From contig ADNK01000951.1 of NCBI GenBank assembly GCA_000320545.1, positions 1 through 53,024 on the forward strand: DNA of 53,024 nucleotides, given 5' to 3'. The notes under the pieces are model-generated. The model was not told the origin of the DNA and did no database searches. It saw only the letters and a program-made list of their open reading frames with translations. The position numbers and the translations under genes were made by a program. The DNA comes from Bigelowiella natans CCMP2755. Taxonomy: Eukaryota; Protista; Cercozoa. Of this stretch, positions 13,757 through 26,517 are shown in pieces. The stretch's first letter is position 1; each line of letters starts with the position of its first letter.

Positions 13757-16227
13757 CTATATGAGCCAGTTGTCTGAATTGTCAGCCAAACTGTCCTCGA
13801 ATTTTTGTAAATCTGGAAAATTTAGTTCGTCCAGCCCTTGCATAGAGTCACCAGAGAGAGGATCCATGTTTACAATGTTGTGTACACCATCATCGTTACC
13901 ATCATTGCTCTCTACTTTCGTTGTAGGGCACGGATCAGAATTTCGTGTTTCACTGCCGTCATGAGAAGGCACTTCGGTTGATTCACTAAATGTGAACCAA
14001 TCCTCAAGCATCTTATCGTGATTCGGATCCGCTTTCATGCTCGAATTTGATTCTGTTCCCCCTTCGCTGGAGGAGGTCGCTGTTCCATTCACCAATCCGA
14101 GTGTCTTCGATGTACTCCTTGTAAGTTGTTGTTGTTGTTTAATTGGAGTGTTTTTTGGCAAACCCGAAGCAGCCGGAGAACTAATAAGTGAGTCTTCAGA
14201 TTTTCGTAGAAGACTTGCTCTCTGGGGAGCTTTCTGTGGAGAAACCACGGAAGAGGTATTTACGATTCCTCCGGCGGAAGAAGATCCCGAAGAGATTTTG
14301 GAATTGTTTGCGCTCGTAAATGTTACAGAAGATGCACCGCGCACTTTGATAGTTCCAGGTATCTTTGCGACCTTGGAGCTCTCGGTGCTATCAGCGTCAG
14401 CAGGCCTTTTATGACAACTAACGCTATGTTCCGCTATTGATCTGGAGCTCGTTCTTCGGTAAAACTTCCCACATCCATATTTGCAGTACCACCTTTCTTT
14501 TTCAGTTAGCTCCGAAGGCTTTCTGCGTCGCTTTTGAACTGATCAAATGAAAAAGATCAATCACCAATGCGGGGAGTCAACAGAATTTTAAAAATACCTT
14601 GCATGAACAGTGGATACGGGTTTGTTGGCAAAGGTCTCTTGAAACCAAATTTCCGCATGCTATTTAGGTTCTGCAGCTGGAATTGACTCTGCTGAGTGTT
14701 TTGGATCATTGGTACGGGAGCGCCGAATGAATAGTTAGGAGATTTCCGAGGGTAGGCCGAATCAGGGAATAAAATTACACCCTTCTTGCTTTCGAATCTG
14801 AGAAGAAAACACGGATCAGGAAAACTTGAAGAATGGATAGTTCAACCAATCTCTACCTTCGCACTTTCTCGCCTGACTTTTTCAGGTTAGCAGGAAGTGA
14901 TTTGAAGTAGTTCACATTAAGCTTCTTAGTTGGAGTGGTGGTTGCCCTACGAATTTATTGAATTTTGGGTCAGAGACGTTTCAGGTCACATTTTTAGACT
15001 TTTGAAAGTACCTTGCAGAGGTCCCGCTTGCAGGTGAGGGCCACTTTCGTTTTCCGTGAGATCCTATCGATGGATTTTTTACCATATTCTGCATCACTAA
15101 ATGGACATTTGGGCCGTCTCTACGAATGGATCGCACTGGATTGAATAACAGGGGAGCAGACGTTAGCCCTTGCCTGCAGAAAGAAATATTCGTCAGAAGG
15201 GAAGATTCGCGTGTCTGACTACTGAACCATACATGGTGCTTCGATTTGCGGATTGCTGGGAAGCTTTCTTGCCCTTTGAACCCATTGTACCTATTGCAAT
15301 CGCCATTAATAAAAAATAGTGTACAGGAGTGGTTACGAAAGAAGCAAACCTAGAATCTTGCGGATGTTGCCGATGAGTGCAATCTTATCCTTTAGTTCTT
15401 GAATCTTGTCACTCGTCTTCGTTGTAAGCTTCTCCCTTCGCTGCATTCTGGATAGTTCGGACATGACCCCCTGCAAGTTGCACTGGTGAGAGACGCAGGT
15501 TCCTATCTGGCTGTGGTCCGTGACAGATGAAATTTATACCGACCTCCTATTTTAAGATATTTAATACGATCGCCCACTTCATTTAAAAGGCTTAAGACAT
15601 CCTTTTTGGAATTAATTGGATGTCGTTGATAAAAAATTTAGTAAATCAGTCCTTCGTAAGTTCGAATAAATAAATTATACATCACTGAGTTTTCTTCACC
15701 CGTGGTAGGGTCGACGCGCATTCCGAAGGCAGGCCGGACAAAAAACACTAGATGGCAAATATTCAGAATATTATTTTTTTTTGTGAATTTAAGAATCGTC
15801 ATTTTAACTTTAAATATCGATAAGGACAGGTAATTTACTTTGAAATCATCTGTTTTTAATTAATATTGCATGCAATACTATCTGAAACTACCCTTCATCA
15901 GTCCTGAATGGACTAATTTCATCATAATTTCAAATGGTGAATCTTTCTTTGCTGATTTATAGAGTAATAATTCTGGTACAAAATTTATGTCTTTTATGCT
16001 CAAATCTCTCTTTAATGTATCGACTGCCGTAGCTACTGATCAGTGGAAACCGAAAGATTCTCCCGCTTTCCTTTGTCTAGTAACCACCGCTGATAGACAT
16101 TTACATGGGAAAAGCTGACAATTTTTACAATGCGACTACAAAACTGAAGCTTTTACTAAATTTTGTCGGAAAATTCCTCCCCGTCAAACATCAGTTACCG
16201 GAAGCTGTAAAACTACGTACCTTTCAT
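13757..16227 (-). CDS. Hypothetical nuclear protein, putative zinc-finger transcription factor
   Basis: Phase-consistent chain of ~9 exons with mostly short GT-AG introns (MKVATAVDTLKRDL...). The last exon encodes KRRRKPSELTEKERWYCKYGCGKFYRRTSSRSIAEHSVSCH, a Ser-rich region and an acidic/hydrophobic end (GLDELNFPDLQKFEDSLADNSDNWLI*). Start codon uncertain. Confidence 0.6.
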
Positions 16228-18017
16228 ATGTACGCATTGTGGTAAAAAGACCTAAATGAAAACTGATTTGACGGAAAATTAGAGAAAACATTTGTCACAA
16301 ACACCCAAACAAATTTCAGTTTTCCCGGAAGATAAGTTGGCTTCTTCCGTAGATCTATTAATAGAGACGCCGTTAGCTTTCCCCTTTTTTTTGCGAGTAT
16401 CGTCGTCAAGGTGGGAGTCGGAGATGATAAATCTATGGAATTTTGACGTCGTCGCAGGGACACAATTCTGCCGATTTGTCAATGTGCAACTTGCTCCAAA
16501 ATTGCCTTGTCGCTAATCAAAACTTCGATTCATTATTGTTGTGAGTTCTCATTTGTGTCGTCCGAAACAGTCGCAGCGAATGCTGGTTGCACGCTAGCAG
16601 GGCCATCATCACTTTCACAAACTGCAATTTTCCACTCAAAACTTTTGATTCAAATGCTCCAACCAACTAATGATCATGACAATGAAGTGGTTCCACGTTT
16701 CTTTGGCTGGCGTGGATGAGTTGGCACGCAACATGCTCCACTCACTCATTCATGATCCTTTCGAATCAAGCGTTGAAAACACACTCATTCGTCTTGGGAT
16801 CACTTCATTCATTCACTCGTTCACAATGCAATTTTCCGTGAGCCTGCGATCTTTCGTCCGCCCCAACGAAGTCGTTCACTCACTCACTCGTTTGTGGTGG
16901 TCTTCTTGATTGATTTGGGGGCGGGTGTGGATGAGTCAACAGTGAACATGACTGATGATCCTTTCAACTTTTCAGACTGCACAACTTGAATCACTTCACA
17001 TGCCTGGGCTAGCGGGTCTAGGGGTGATCATGCGAGCGACAACGTGCACCTACGATGTACGCAAGCTAGCAAGGCGCCAGGACGATCGGATTGCCCAGTT
17101 GTTCAAATCGATTGTGTTGAAACAAGAAATGAACGCCAGTGCAATCGATCGTGGCTGGCAACGAACACAATGCAAGTGCACCAATGCATTTCACAGCACC
17201 TCCCCCCACGCTAGCTAGCTAGCGCCGTCTAGACGTGAAGTGCAAGCACAATGATTTGGTCGCTCCAGTCATTGCACGACCAGAACTGAGCAGGCGGCGT
17301 GCCAAATCATTTGCGTGCAAACGACGTCAGCACAGGTCAATCAGTCCTAGAGTCTAGCAGTGCAAAGCTTGTGAAAAAATGATGGTGCGAGAGTTTCAAT
17401 CGCACGCAGCAGAGCATTGATGATCAACCACGTTGCAATGTGATGCATGTGGCTGACACCTGATGATGGCGCAGCGCGCACGCACGCACGCGCACGCACA
17501 GCTGCAGCGTCAGCTTGCATGCATTGCATCCTCTGTTGCATTTTGTCGTTTTTCTCAGCGTTTTGCGCGCACAGCTTCAAGCATCACCAAGTGGTTTTTC
17601 ATTATTTCTTTCTCTTGAAATCTGCTTTGCCCCGCAACTATGCAACAAGAGAATCTTCAAGGTGTCTGTGCAAACCAAGATCGCGCATGACACGACGACT
17701 ATTAGACTAGGCTAGTGGGTCACAGCCGCGCCAAACTTCCATCTACTTTGCAATGGAATTTTTACAATCAACTCAAGCACAACAAGACGATGCAGGAATG
17801 TTTGACGTACTCGAGAACACATCTAGAAAAATGTTCCCTGTGGCGTTGCAGTTCAATGGCATCATGAACGATGCCTAGCTATTGCTATGAATAGTTTAAA
17901 TTCATGAATTCGAATAATGAGTATCAGATGGCAAGAATTCCTTTTTACTGCTTTTTGCTTCGCAATGATTATAAACGTAGTGTCATAATAACGTCTTGCT
18001 GGTCTAGAAATTCCAGA

Positions 18018-18890
18018 TTATTGATGTTTTGGAGCATCAGGCAAGATCTGAAAACAAAACGGTGACGCTGCATTCAACCCCTTAAGTGAATGGATGACAC
18101 GAACTTACCGTCGAGATAAAATCCTTGAGAACATCAAAGTACATACTTTTTTCCTCGGCTGTGACGTAAAACGAAAAAACGATTTATCATTAGCAGTGTT
18201 TCTTCCATATTTTTCGAATCCTTCACTCCCTTACACAGTATAAAATCTTAATCAGGAAATAATGTGTACTCTCACCTTCCATCCACGTGTTATTGTGCTT
18301 TCCACCTGGAACCCGAAGTATTCTACATAATGGCTGAAAACAAGCAAACACGTCATTGGCTTTGCCCAACGATTTTTCCATGGATATTACTTTTCCATGT
18401 GGAAGATTAAAGCTTCGCATGCTTCTATCTTCCAACGTACACATTATGCACATGACATACCGCTGCCTTCGCTGCATCCCAAAGGGCCTGCATGTGCTCT
18501 GTCGGAACAATTTCATCCTGAAACAACACGTTTCTTATTCAACAATGCAGATCGTCAATTTGGAACGAAATATTTTTTGCGTACATCTTGGCCCGACACG
18601 AACAGAATCGGTATTTGAACCGTCTTTATGAGTTCCAAACTGTAGAGGGGGGAGGGAACAATTTAAAATTTCTGCCGAATGTCAAAACACATCACATCAC
18701 AGCACAGCACTGCAGAGTGCACTGAACCTTGGGAAATTCAGTCTTAAAATGAAAGGCTTTATCGGGAAGAGAAAAGGGAACAATTTGTCGGCAATATCAG
18801 AGATGGACGTGAAGGTATTCTCCAAGATCAACCCCTTTATCTGAAACATCATTTGATATGATTGCATATATTGTTACATAATACACGTTT

Positions 18891-18928
<38 letters not shown>

Positions 18929-19291
18929 CGTTGCATGCCAAATCCATTTTCATCACATATGATGCCGGAAATTGTTTATACTTGATACTGGTTTCTCGAC
19001 GCCAAGTTAATCGCAACAGCCCCTCCCAGAGAGCGACCAAAGAGCACTATGCGATCAGGGTGCACTTTCTTCGACTTTATCAACCACGATAGGGATGCAC
19101 TGATATGAGAATTAAAAATATATAGTATCCGTACCAGGGAACATTGTATTATGAGAGAAGACGCACACATATATGTAACATAAGAAGATATCCTGTAGCT
19201 TCTTTTGACATTTGATATTTGGAACAAAGTGTGATCGAACACTAGCAAATTCCGTATCTCTCTCTCTTTTTCTTTCTCTTTCTCTTTCTCT

Positions 19292-19375
<84 letters not shown>

Positions 19376-20262
19376 GGGGGGGGGGGGGGACGTAAATGCG
19401 AGACAAACGAACTTACTCAGCATCTTTATAAACACCGCCTTCGCTGGGGGTTCCCGTACTCTAAAATCATATGATGCAAACAACACGAAGTTTATTATTA
19501 CGGAAACAACAACAATTCCGTCACCTCTCCTCCTTCTCCTTCTATGATTACTGACATGGCCATATCCACGGTACGATATGATGAAGATATTGCACGGAGT
19601 ACAGTCGTGTAAGCGTTCCAAGAAAGGCATTCGAAATCCCATATCTGAATATCAAAGTTATTGATATGACTATTGTTTTTAAATTTATTACAGTTGGTCT
19701 TCTTCACACTCACTTCCAGCATTGGCGTGAAAGTACAGTATAGTGGCGCTGTTGAGCTGCAGCTCCATTTTTGCCTCCTTGGAAGCATCTTTGCCTTCTG
19801 TGTGCTTAGCGGGAATGAACCATCCTGAAAGTGTTTCCCCATCCACGGTCTTAAATCTCACATCCTCGTATGCGATCCTTTTCTCCCCAGGGTTCTTATA
19901 TTCGGGGGGGTTCTGTACAATAGTGGTAGGGTTGGAGCAAAAGCATTCACAAACCACTCTAATGACTACTTCATGAAGGAACAAAGGGGCTGTCTCTACA
20001 GCGCACACGCATATACGAACCACCTGTTCTGGCGTTCTAAAGCCACCGATGACCGGTTGGAAAAGCAACCCTTCCTGGTACTTGTACAGCGCGTACACAA
20101 AGCATCCGCCTCCCCCAATGAGCATCAAAACTATCTGTAAAATGATTTAGGTCATATTTTAGACCACATCTGGTCACAGTCGAAGAGTTCAACCTGCCAC
20201 CACGAAATGGCGCTTGAGGAGAGGAATGCGATGAGCAAGAAGCCCAGCAGCAGTTGTTGCAT
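18018..20262 (-). CDS. ABHD13: Alpha/beta hydrolase of the ABHD13/Bem46 family
   Basis: N-terminal TM segment then LYKYQEGLLFQP, YEDVRFKTVDGETLSGWFI, TILYFHANAGNMGFR, IISYRGYG, PSEGGVYKDAE, nucleophile IVLFGRSLGGAVAI, GLILENTFTSI, DEIVP.EHM..LW, GKHNNTW. Confidence 0.93.
19258..19389. repeat. Compound intronic microsatellite (CT)n(GT)n(G)n, representative of dozens in the window
   Basis: Read directly from the sequence; lies inside an ABHD13 intron. Confidence 0.95.
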
Positions 20263-20477
20263 CTCTATATGGATGAATTTTCCGATGTCCCACTACGCCC
20301 CCTGCGTTTTATCGAATGAGCGCAGTGCGTCGCGAGATCGTGTGCATTCTAGTGTTTTCTTCTTTCCCTTCCTCTTCTTCCTTTTTTAAGTTCTAAGCGG
20401 TCACGGCCACAGGCCAAGCAGTGGAGGAGAGCGATCAAAATCGTCTGCTTATGTTGCTGCTTCCGAGACTTCTCCGT

Positions 20478-20517
20478 GATCATTCGAGATCATTCGAGAT
20501 CATTAGAGATCAATCGG
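20478..20517. repeat. 10-bp tandem repeat (GATCATTCGA)x~4 in a divergent intergenic region
   Basis: gatcattcga gatcattcga gatcattaga gatcaatcgg. Confidence 0.85.
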
Positions 20518-20525
20518 AGGACAGT

Positions 20526-22157
20526 ATGCACCGGCTACGATATTTTCCGGTTATATTATAGTCTAGCTACCAGAACAATATGAAAACAATCATTATGGTG
20601 CATTGTCACAAAGTCTGATGATCGCTTGCTCGCTAGCGAGAGCTGAGCTTCGATTCGGTAGCCTGGATGGGCCTTGCAGTTCTGCACTTGGCGTAAGCCC
20701 CCCCCTTGCAAGCAAATCGGGTGAGTTTCCCCAAATTGGTTTTATTCGTATTCGCCCTGACGCAAATGTAGCAGTTTCATGAGAATCTTCGTCGGAATAA
20801 TGATCCTCGTGGGGTCACTCGGAGTTCTACTTTTTAGCCCCAGTCCTTGCATGAAGGTTACCAAGACCTTCTGATGTATCATTGAATCAAAAGTGAAAAT
20901 TATTCCATCAGGAGCTGCGCGTGCCGGTATGAGCGAAGAAATGCGTCGACGAGATACATGATCAAAGACGTACACTAATTGGTAAATATTGTAATGTGGC
21001 GCAGACCCACAAGGCTCATATTGATCAACTGGAAAGTCATCAAAATCGAGACTATGATTCCGCGACTCTAGCAAAATCGTATTTGAGAGTCCCGAAGGCT
21101 AATATATCTAGGTTCTGATTGTGCCTCAATTGCCGATAACCAAAACCTCCAACTTACGAAAAATATTGACTCTTAGGAAACTAGAAATCCCATCTTCTGA
21201 CGCTCCAAAAGATATTAAGGAAAAAATGGAAAATTTTACATCAGCATCTACATCAAAAGTTGATTCGGGCAACGTCTTAAAGGGGAAAAAAGGTTTATTT
21301 TCCCTACACGAGCTAGGCAACATTTGCTAATACATCTTATATTTCTCAAAGAGAATAGAACCCAAGAGGAGGCTGAAAAACGGGCAGTATTGGATACATT
21401 CAATGAGCTATCTCTAGAGAGGGGGAAAGCCATGGATTCAGAGATAACAAAATTAAGGTACTAAAAAGTTTCGTAGTATGTGGTAAATGTAGGATGGTAC
21501 AAATCGACGAAGATTTTAATGATAGGGTTTAATAACAGAAATGCCCTGAGAAAAGGCGAAAGGACGAATCATGATATTAAGTCGGAAGTAGATAATACTC
21601 TTCATTCACAGGAATCAGTATGTTTTTGCTCGAATCTGTCTTATTTTGTTTGTAGTACTTGCATAAATTGCCATTTTCTTCAGGATGAGTATGAGACTTC
21701 GCTTTTGACCCCTGAAGAACAAGCAGAAGCTAGGAGAAAACTAGCGGTTGTTGCTAATATTAACCACATGTATTGCTTTTAGTTCTGTACTTGCGTGAGT
21801 ATGGGTGCAAGTAAACGGAGGAGTTTTCTTTCTTATCATCCTGCCTTCATTACTTCAGGAAGCTCTGGAAGAGGATTCCGATTTCAAAGGTCTACGATAC
21901 TCAATAGAATTTCCACACCATTTTCACCCAATCTATAATTGGCAGGGACTGATTTTGACAACCAACGAGATAGCGACGCCGTGAGCTTTGAGGCAGGTGA
22001 CCTAGACTTGGAGGCAGGTCGACCTATAATGGATTTTATAAAGCAAAATCAAGCAGACAAATTTGGAGGATGGAGCAGAGATGTGTTAGGTGGCGCAACA
22101 AATCCAAAAAAACATGGACATAAAAATCATAGACAATGTGCCTCTGAATCAGAGTAG
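20526..22157 (+). CDS. Hypothetical protein with an N-terminal hydrophobic segment and a charged (K/E/D-rich) body
   Basis: Phase-consistent exons 21111-22157 (VLIVPQLPITKTSNLRK...; ENRTQEEAEKRAVLDTFNEL; DEYETSLLTPEEQAEARRKLA; EALEEDSDFK; TDFDNQRDSDAV...CASESE*). The 5' exons (MRIFVGIMILVGSLGVLLFS) are ambiguous. Confidence 0.55.
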
Positions 22158-22836
22158 TTTGGAATACGCCGGTGATAATGAACAATTATAGATACATCTT
22201 ATTTTATGTCATAACTGTGTCTCTGCCAGGTGCAATAACTTGTGTCCCTATGCTATGCAATGCATTCAATTATCAACATTATATGTGCATGTACACAAAT
22301 GCGCTCCACGATTATTAGCAACAAATGCACACGCAATGCTCATTTGAAAAGTTGCATTCGGTGACACATGTCATTGAAGCTGTAACGCTTATTCGTGCAT
22401 GTTTGCATGTACATCTATCCATAGCTAGATATTCTTGCACGTCATACCTAATCGTGTCTAGGTGTATGCAGGCAGGCATTACTGTAATATTTTTCAGTGC
22501 AAAAAAGTAGCGAATACAATACGTCGGGGCTCTTCTAGTCCGCGATTGAATACGATAATAATCTGCATACATAAGAGCTGTCATACACATACGCGCACAC
22601 ACGTACGCACGATGTGCGCTAGCCAAGTGACTGCCGTCGCGCGAGCACACTATATACGATGGGCGTTTACTGTAACAATGAAAAGCAGCCCTTTCATATC
22701 GATTATTATTTGTGCCTATATTATATGCGAAGCCGTCACAAGACACGTGACTGGCTTCGCACGATCTTCATTTATGCAAATGTACGATAACGTGCACGTT
22801 TTCTACGTCTAAAACTTATAATGTACAGCGTATATC

Positions 22837-23440
22837 CTAACGTCTTGAGAAAGATCTTCGAGGCGGACGGTTGCTATTCACTTTTTCTTGCAACAGAATA
22901 CTTTTGTGAGGACAGAACAAACGGAAAAGATATCATTTTTCGATAATTTTACCTGCAGAAGGTAGAGTATCCAAATTAGCTGTTTCTTTTGAAACTCTCG
23001 GTTTTTCATCGGTATCTTCGTCATCATTATTATCGTCAATATCTTTGCTGTCATCATCATCGTCGTCGTCGTCATCATTGTGTTTATCATTCCTATCTCG
23101 AATGCTTTTTCTGCGATAACCTGACAGAGGAGAACATTAATTTGAAAGGGAAACAGGAGCAAAACACAGAGATTGGGGATAAGTACCTTCCTCTTCAGAT
23201 ACTTCTCTGCGACGCTTCCTCGAAAAAATTATCGATGGCTGCCTCTGCATTTCCTTTGAGTCACCGGTGTAGTGTGCCACCATTTGACCTCTTCGAAATA
23301 AAAAGGAAAAGTATCACAGATATATCATTTATCATCGAGCCTACTCTAACAGTATCAATCCAATACCGTACTCTCTCACTGTCTTCCAACTCCACCTCAA
23401 GTTCCTTGCAATATCGCTGTGACAGAGAATATTTTGTGTT

Positions 23441-23480
<40 letters not shown>

Positions 23481-25120
23481 AATACCAACAATTTTGGATG
23501 GATATATTAGCACACCTGGATTAATTTTTTGGGCAATATATGGCCTCTGGAGGAACCCATGTCCTTTGAGGCCAAGATAAGAAGGGGAATGAAAACATGC
23601 CGTGGGAACCTGAAAAGTAATTGTTGCACTCCTGCTCCCGCAATTTACACTGATGCCTGGTATACCTCGTCGCACTTAAGAAGCGTTGTAGCATTGGGAT
23701 ATGTTGTATGGGCTCCCGCTGGGTGCTCAAATACTGATATACAATCTGATGAAAAAATGGAAGCTCTCCTTACATAATTTCAGAAGCTACAGAAAGGAAG
23801 TACAAACCCCGCTTGCATTCGAACTTGAGCATTGTACCCTGACACTCAGTCTCTGTGGGGATAGAGCGGGATAGTAGAAGGCATTCAATGGTGAAACGAC
23901 TGGAAATTCGTAGCTCGCCTGTCACATTCTGAGTTCTTTTTATTCTGAAATTTAAAGTCGGCAATTCTACAAAGAGCATAATCGGAAGGTGGACTAGCGG
24001 TAAACACCTCGACGGAAGGTGTTTGATAGCCCCTGCTGGTTTCGAACTTTATCCCAAAAGTACCAGGACGTTTGACGGAAGTTTCATTCCCGTCATCGAG
24101 AGGAGTGAATGTAAATGTCACCCCATATGACTCCCCCTTTTGTGTTAGGAACACGGTTTATCAGGTGCATATCCAAACGAAGTAGATAGTACCTTCCCCT
24201 GTTTCAGGGTCGAATTTCGCTTCAGAACTAGACTTTTTTGTAGCTCGGATTTCAGTTCCTCCTGCCGATTTCGACGTTAGCTCTGCGAGTAGTGTGTCAT
24301 CCAACGTATTCTTTTGGAAAGTCTACCTTGAGATCCCAGCCGAGGGCGCAAAGTTCCAGTATTTCATTTAATTCTATCCTTCTACGACATCTACGAATAG
24401 CCTGCTCGCAAGCTCGAAGAAATGACGCTTTTTCGTGCCTTTCAATGAAATCGAGAACAAATCTCTCCGAGAGTCTCACCTGGAAAGCAGAAGCAAGTAC
24501 CGATAAGTAATAATAGGGCGAATGCCCACCGATAAAGATTGTGATATGACCTGTGCGGGCTGAGCCGTTTGCAAATCTTCCATGCCCCCTGCAAAGCACC
24601 AGACTATCGTCGATCGATCGATCGTCGAAGGGCTTATTACTTTCCGTACGAGGAGTTCGCCGTCAGTGCCTGGGGATTCAGTGAAACCGTATCGAGAGAG
24701 ACTCCCGAGAGGATATTGCAGTATTGCTGTGTTGCTCTTCGATCTCGAGACCCTCTCGAGATGCTTCGTTGATGATCCCTCCCGATTTCTTTCGGAAACA
24801 ACGTTAATTCTTTGAGCAGCATCGAGCCTTTGATCTATCGTAGGTGGTGGGAAACGAGGATCCTGCCAACGTCCCCCTCTTTTCAGAAACGCGCTGGTGT
24901 CTAATTTTCTTTTTTCCCGCAAATCGGGGACAGGACCGAGCATGCCGAAGGAAGACAATAGTTCCGCAATGAGTTCCCTGAAGGAGCCCTTCTTTAAAAT
25001 TCTCCGCGAACTTGATTGTCAGCTTAAAGAAAATCCACAGTTCGCCGATTCGCGGTAAAAGGAAAAGTTGGGCTTGTTTTCTCCCTGCCTCATGCTTTGG
25101 TTTCTATTCTTGGCATTCAT
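22837..25120 (-). CDS. Hypothetical multi-exon protein with a basic NLS-like motif and an Asp-rich C-terminal region
   Basis: Long open exons 24476-25010 and 24320-24480 and others bounded by splice signals. Terminal exons encode [37 protein letters not shown] and EKVNSNRPPRRSFSRR*. No domain recognised. Confidence 0.6.
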
Positions 25121-25155
25121 GAATTTCCTTTGATTTTCTTGTTGAGTAAACAACA

Positions 25156-26517
25156 ATGAGAGAAATCTGGTATGTGCGAAGAGGTCTTGCTCGAGTTGGA
25201 CTTGGAGGACTCTTTCTAGGAACAACCCTTGCCACTGGATGGCAACTGTGGTGGTGGTCTCCCATTTTTGGTCAATTCGGAGGTATATCATCTGCTACCT
25301 TCGTGGTGATGCTATTGGTTGTTGTGTTGTTCATTCCCTTCACTAAGATGATGGTGTTATGTTCAGCATACATGTTCAGCGTGTCCCTCTTTCATATAAT
25401 GGAATTTATCATGACGGCCTTGTTCAATCCGCACACGCTGACCTACGATTGTAAGTGATTTTCTGGATTTTCCCCGATGGTGGCAATCGCTGTGCGAGTA
25501 ACAGATATGCTTGTCTGCTTTCTACAGCATATCTGCTGAATCACAGTCGGGAGTATCATATGGCGTTGGTCGCTAGCATCCTGGAGTATATCTTCGAGGC
25601 TGTATGGTTCCCCTCTCTCAAGCGAATGTACCTGGTAATAGCTCCTCGAGATATTTTCACTTCTATTAGACTTTGTTAAATATCTATCCATATGAATAAA
25701 AGGTGTGTGTGATTGGGATCATTATGAGTTTCATTGGACAAGTCATACGCAGCACAGCGATGTTCCAGGTTTGTTGTAATAAAAATACTGAAGCATTTCA
25801 CCGTCGTATCCGTGGTAAAGAATTGCAATTGATTCTTCAGGCGCAGAGCAATTTTACTCACCAAATAGCGGAGACTAAACGAGAGAACCACAAGCTTGTT
25901 ACCAGTGGAATATATAGGTAACAGCGCATAATGCCAACAACGGTGATCAGTCGATGATTTCCGAGGATCGACTAATAAGTTCCAATTATTACGATTCTCA
26001 TCAGCTTGTGTCGGCATCCATCATACTGCGGATGGTTCTGGTGGGCGCTTGCAACACAGGTAACTATCCAATTAACACAAAATGCAATGAAGCCGTCTGA
26101 CAAGATAATTCGAATAATAATCTTTGGAATAATAATCCACAGATAATTCTGGTAAATCCGATAAATTTTGTGGCGTACACAATTGTCTCGTGGAAATTCT
26201 TCAATGAGAGGGTATTTCGGCACCCACCCGTTAGCAGAATGTGATCGGTCCAGTTATTGAATGACTACCTCAGTAGCATTGGACATATATACAAAACAAT
26301 TTGATTCCAAAATTTGCTTTCTAGTTATTAAGCTTGGAAAGATTGAGTTCCATTTTGTAAATACTTAAACCAGATTCAGATCGAAGAGAGTTTCCTTGTG
26401 AAGTTCTTCCCGGATTATGAGGAATATAGACGGGACGTGTGGTCAGGAATTCCCGGAATTGGCGGGCCATGGGCTCCCAAATCGCTATTCCTGCAATTGA
26501 TGAGCTCCAGGACGTAG
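25156..26517 (+). CDS. ICMT: Protein-S-isoprenylcysteine O-methyltransferase (Ste14/ICMT)
   Basis: Spliced FHIMEF..TALFNP..LTYDSYLLNHSREYHMA, GQVIRSTAM, SNFTHQI....ENHKLVTSGIYSLCRHPSYCGWFWWALATQIILVNPI, FFNERIQIEESFLVKFF.DYEEYR..VWSGIPGI. Confidence 0.96.

Noticed and set aside
15062-15085. 19-nt GT-AG micro-intron of nucleomorph type
   Set aside because: The exon reads through in frame without splicing it.
16030-16120. Apparent GA-AG intron or in-frame TGA readthrough at the 5' end of the zinc-finger gene
   Set aside because: A canonical GT-AG intron from ATG AAA G|GTACGT (~16220) to CAG|TA GCT explains the frame without any exception.
20742-21074. 110-aa minus-strand ORF
   Set aside because: Non-ATG start and antisense to the probable 5' exons of the plus-strand spliced gene; likely a shadow ORF.
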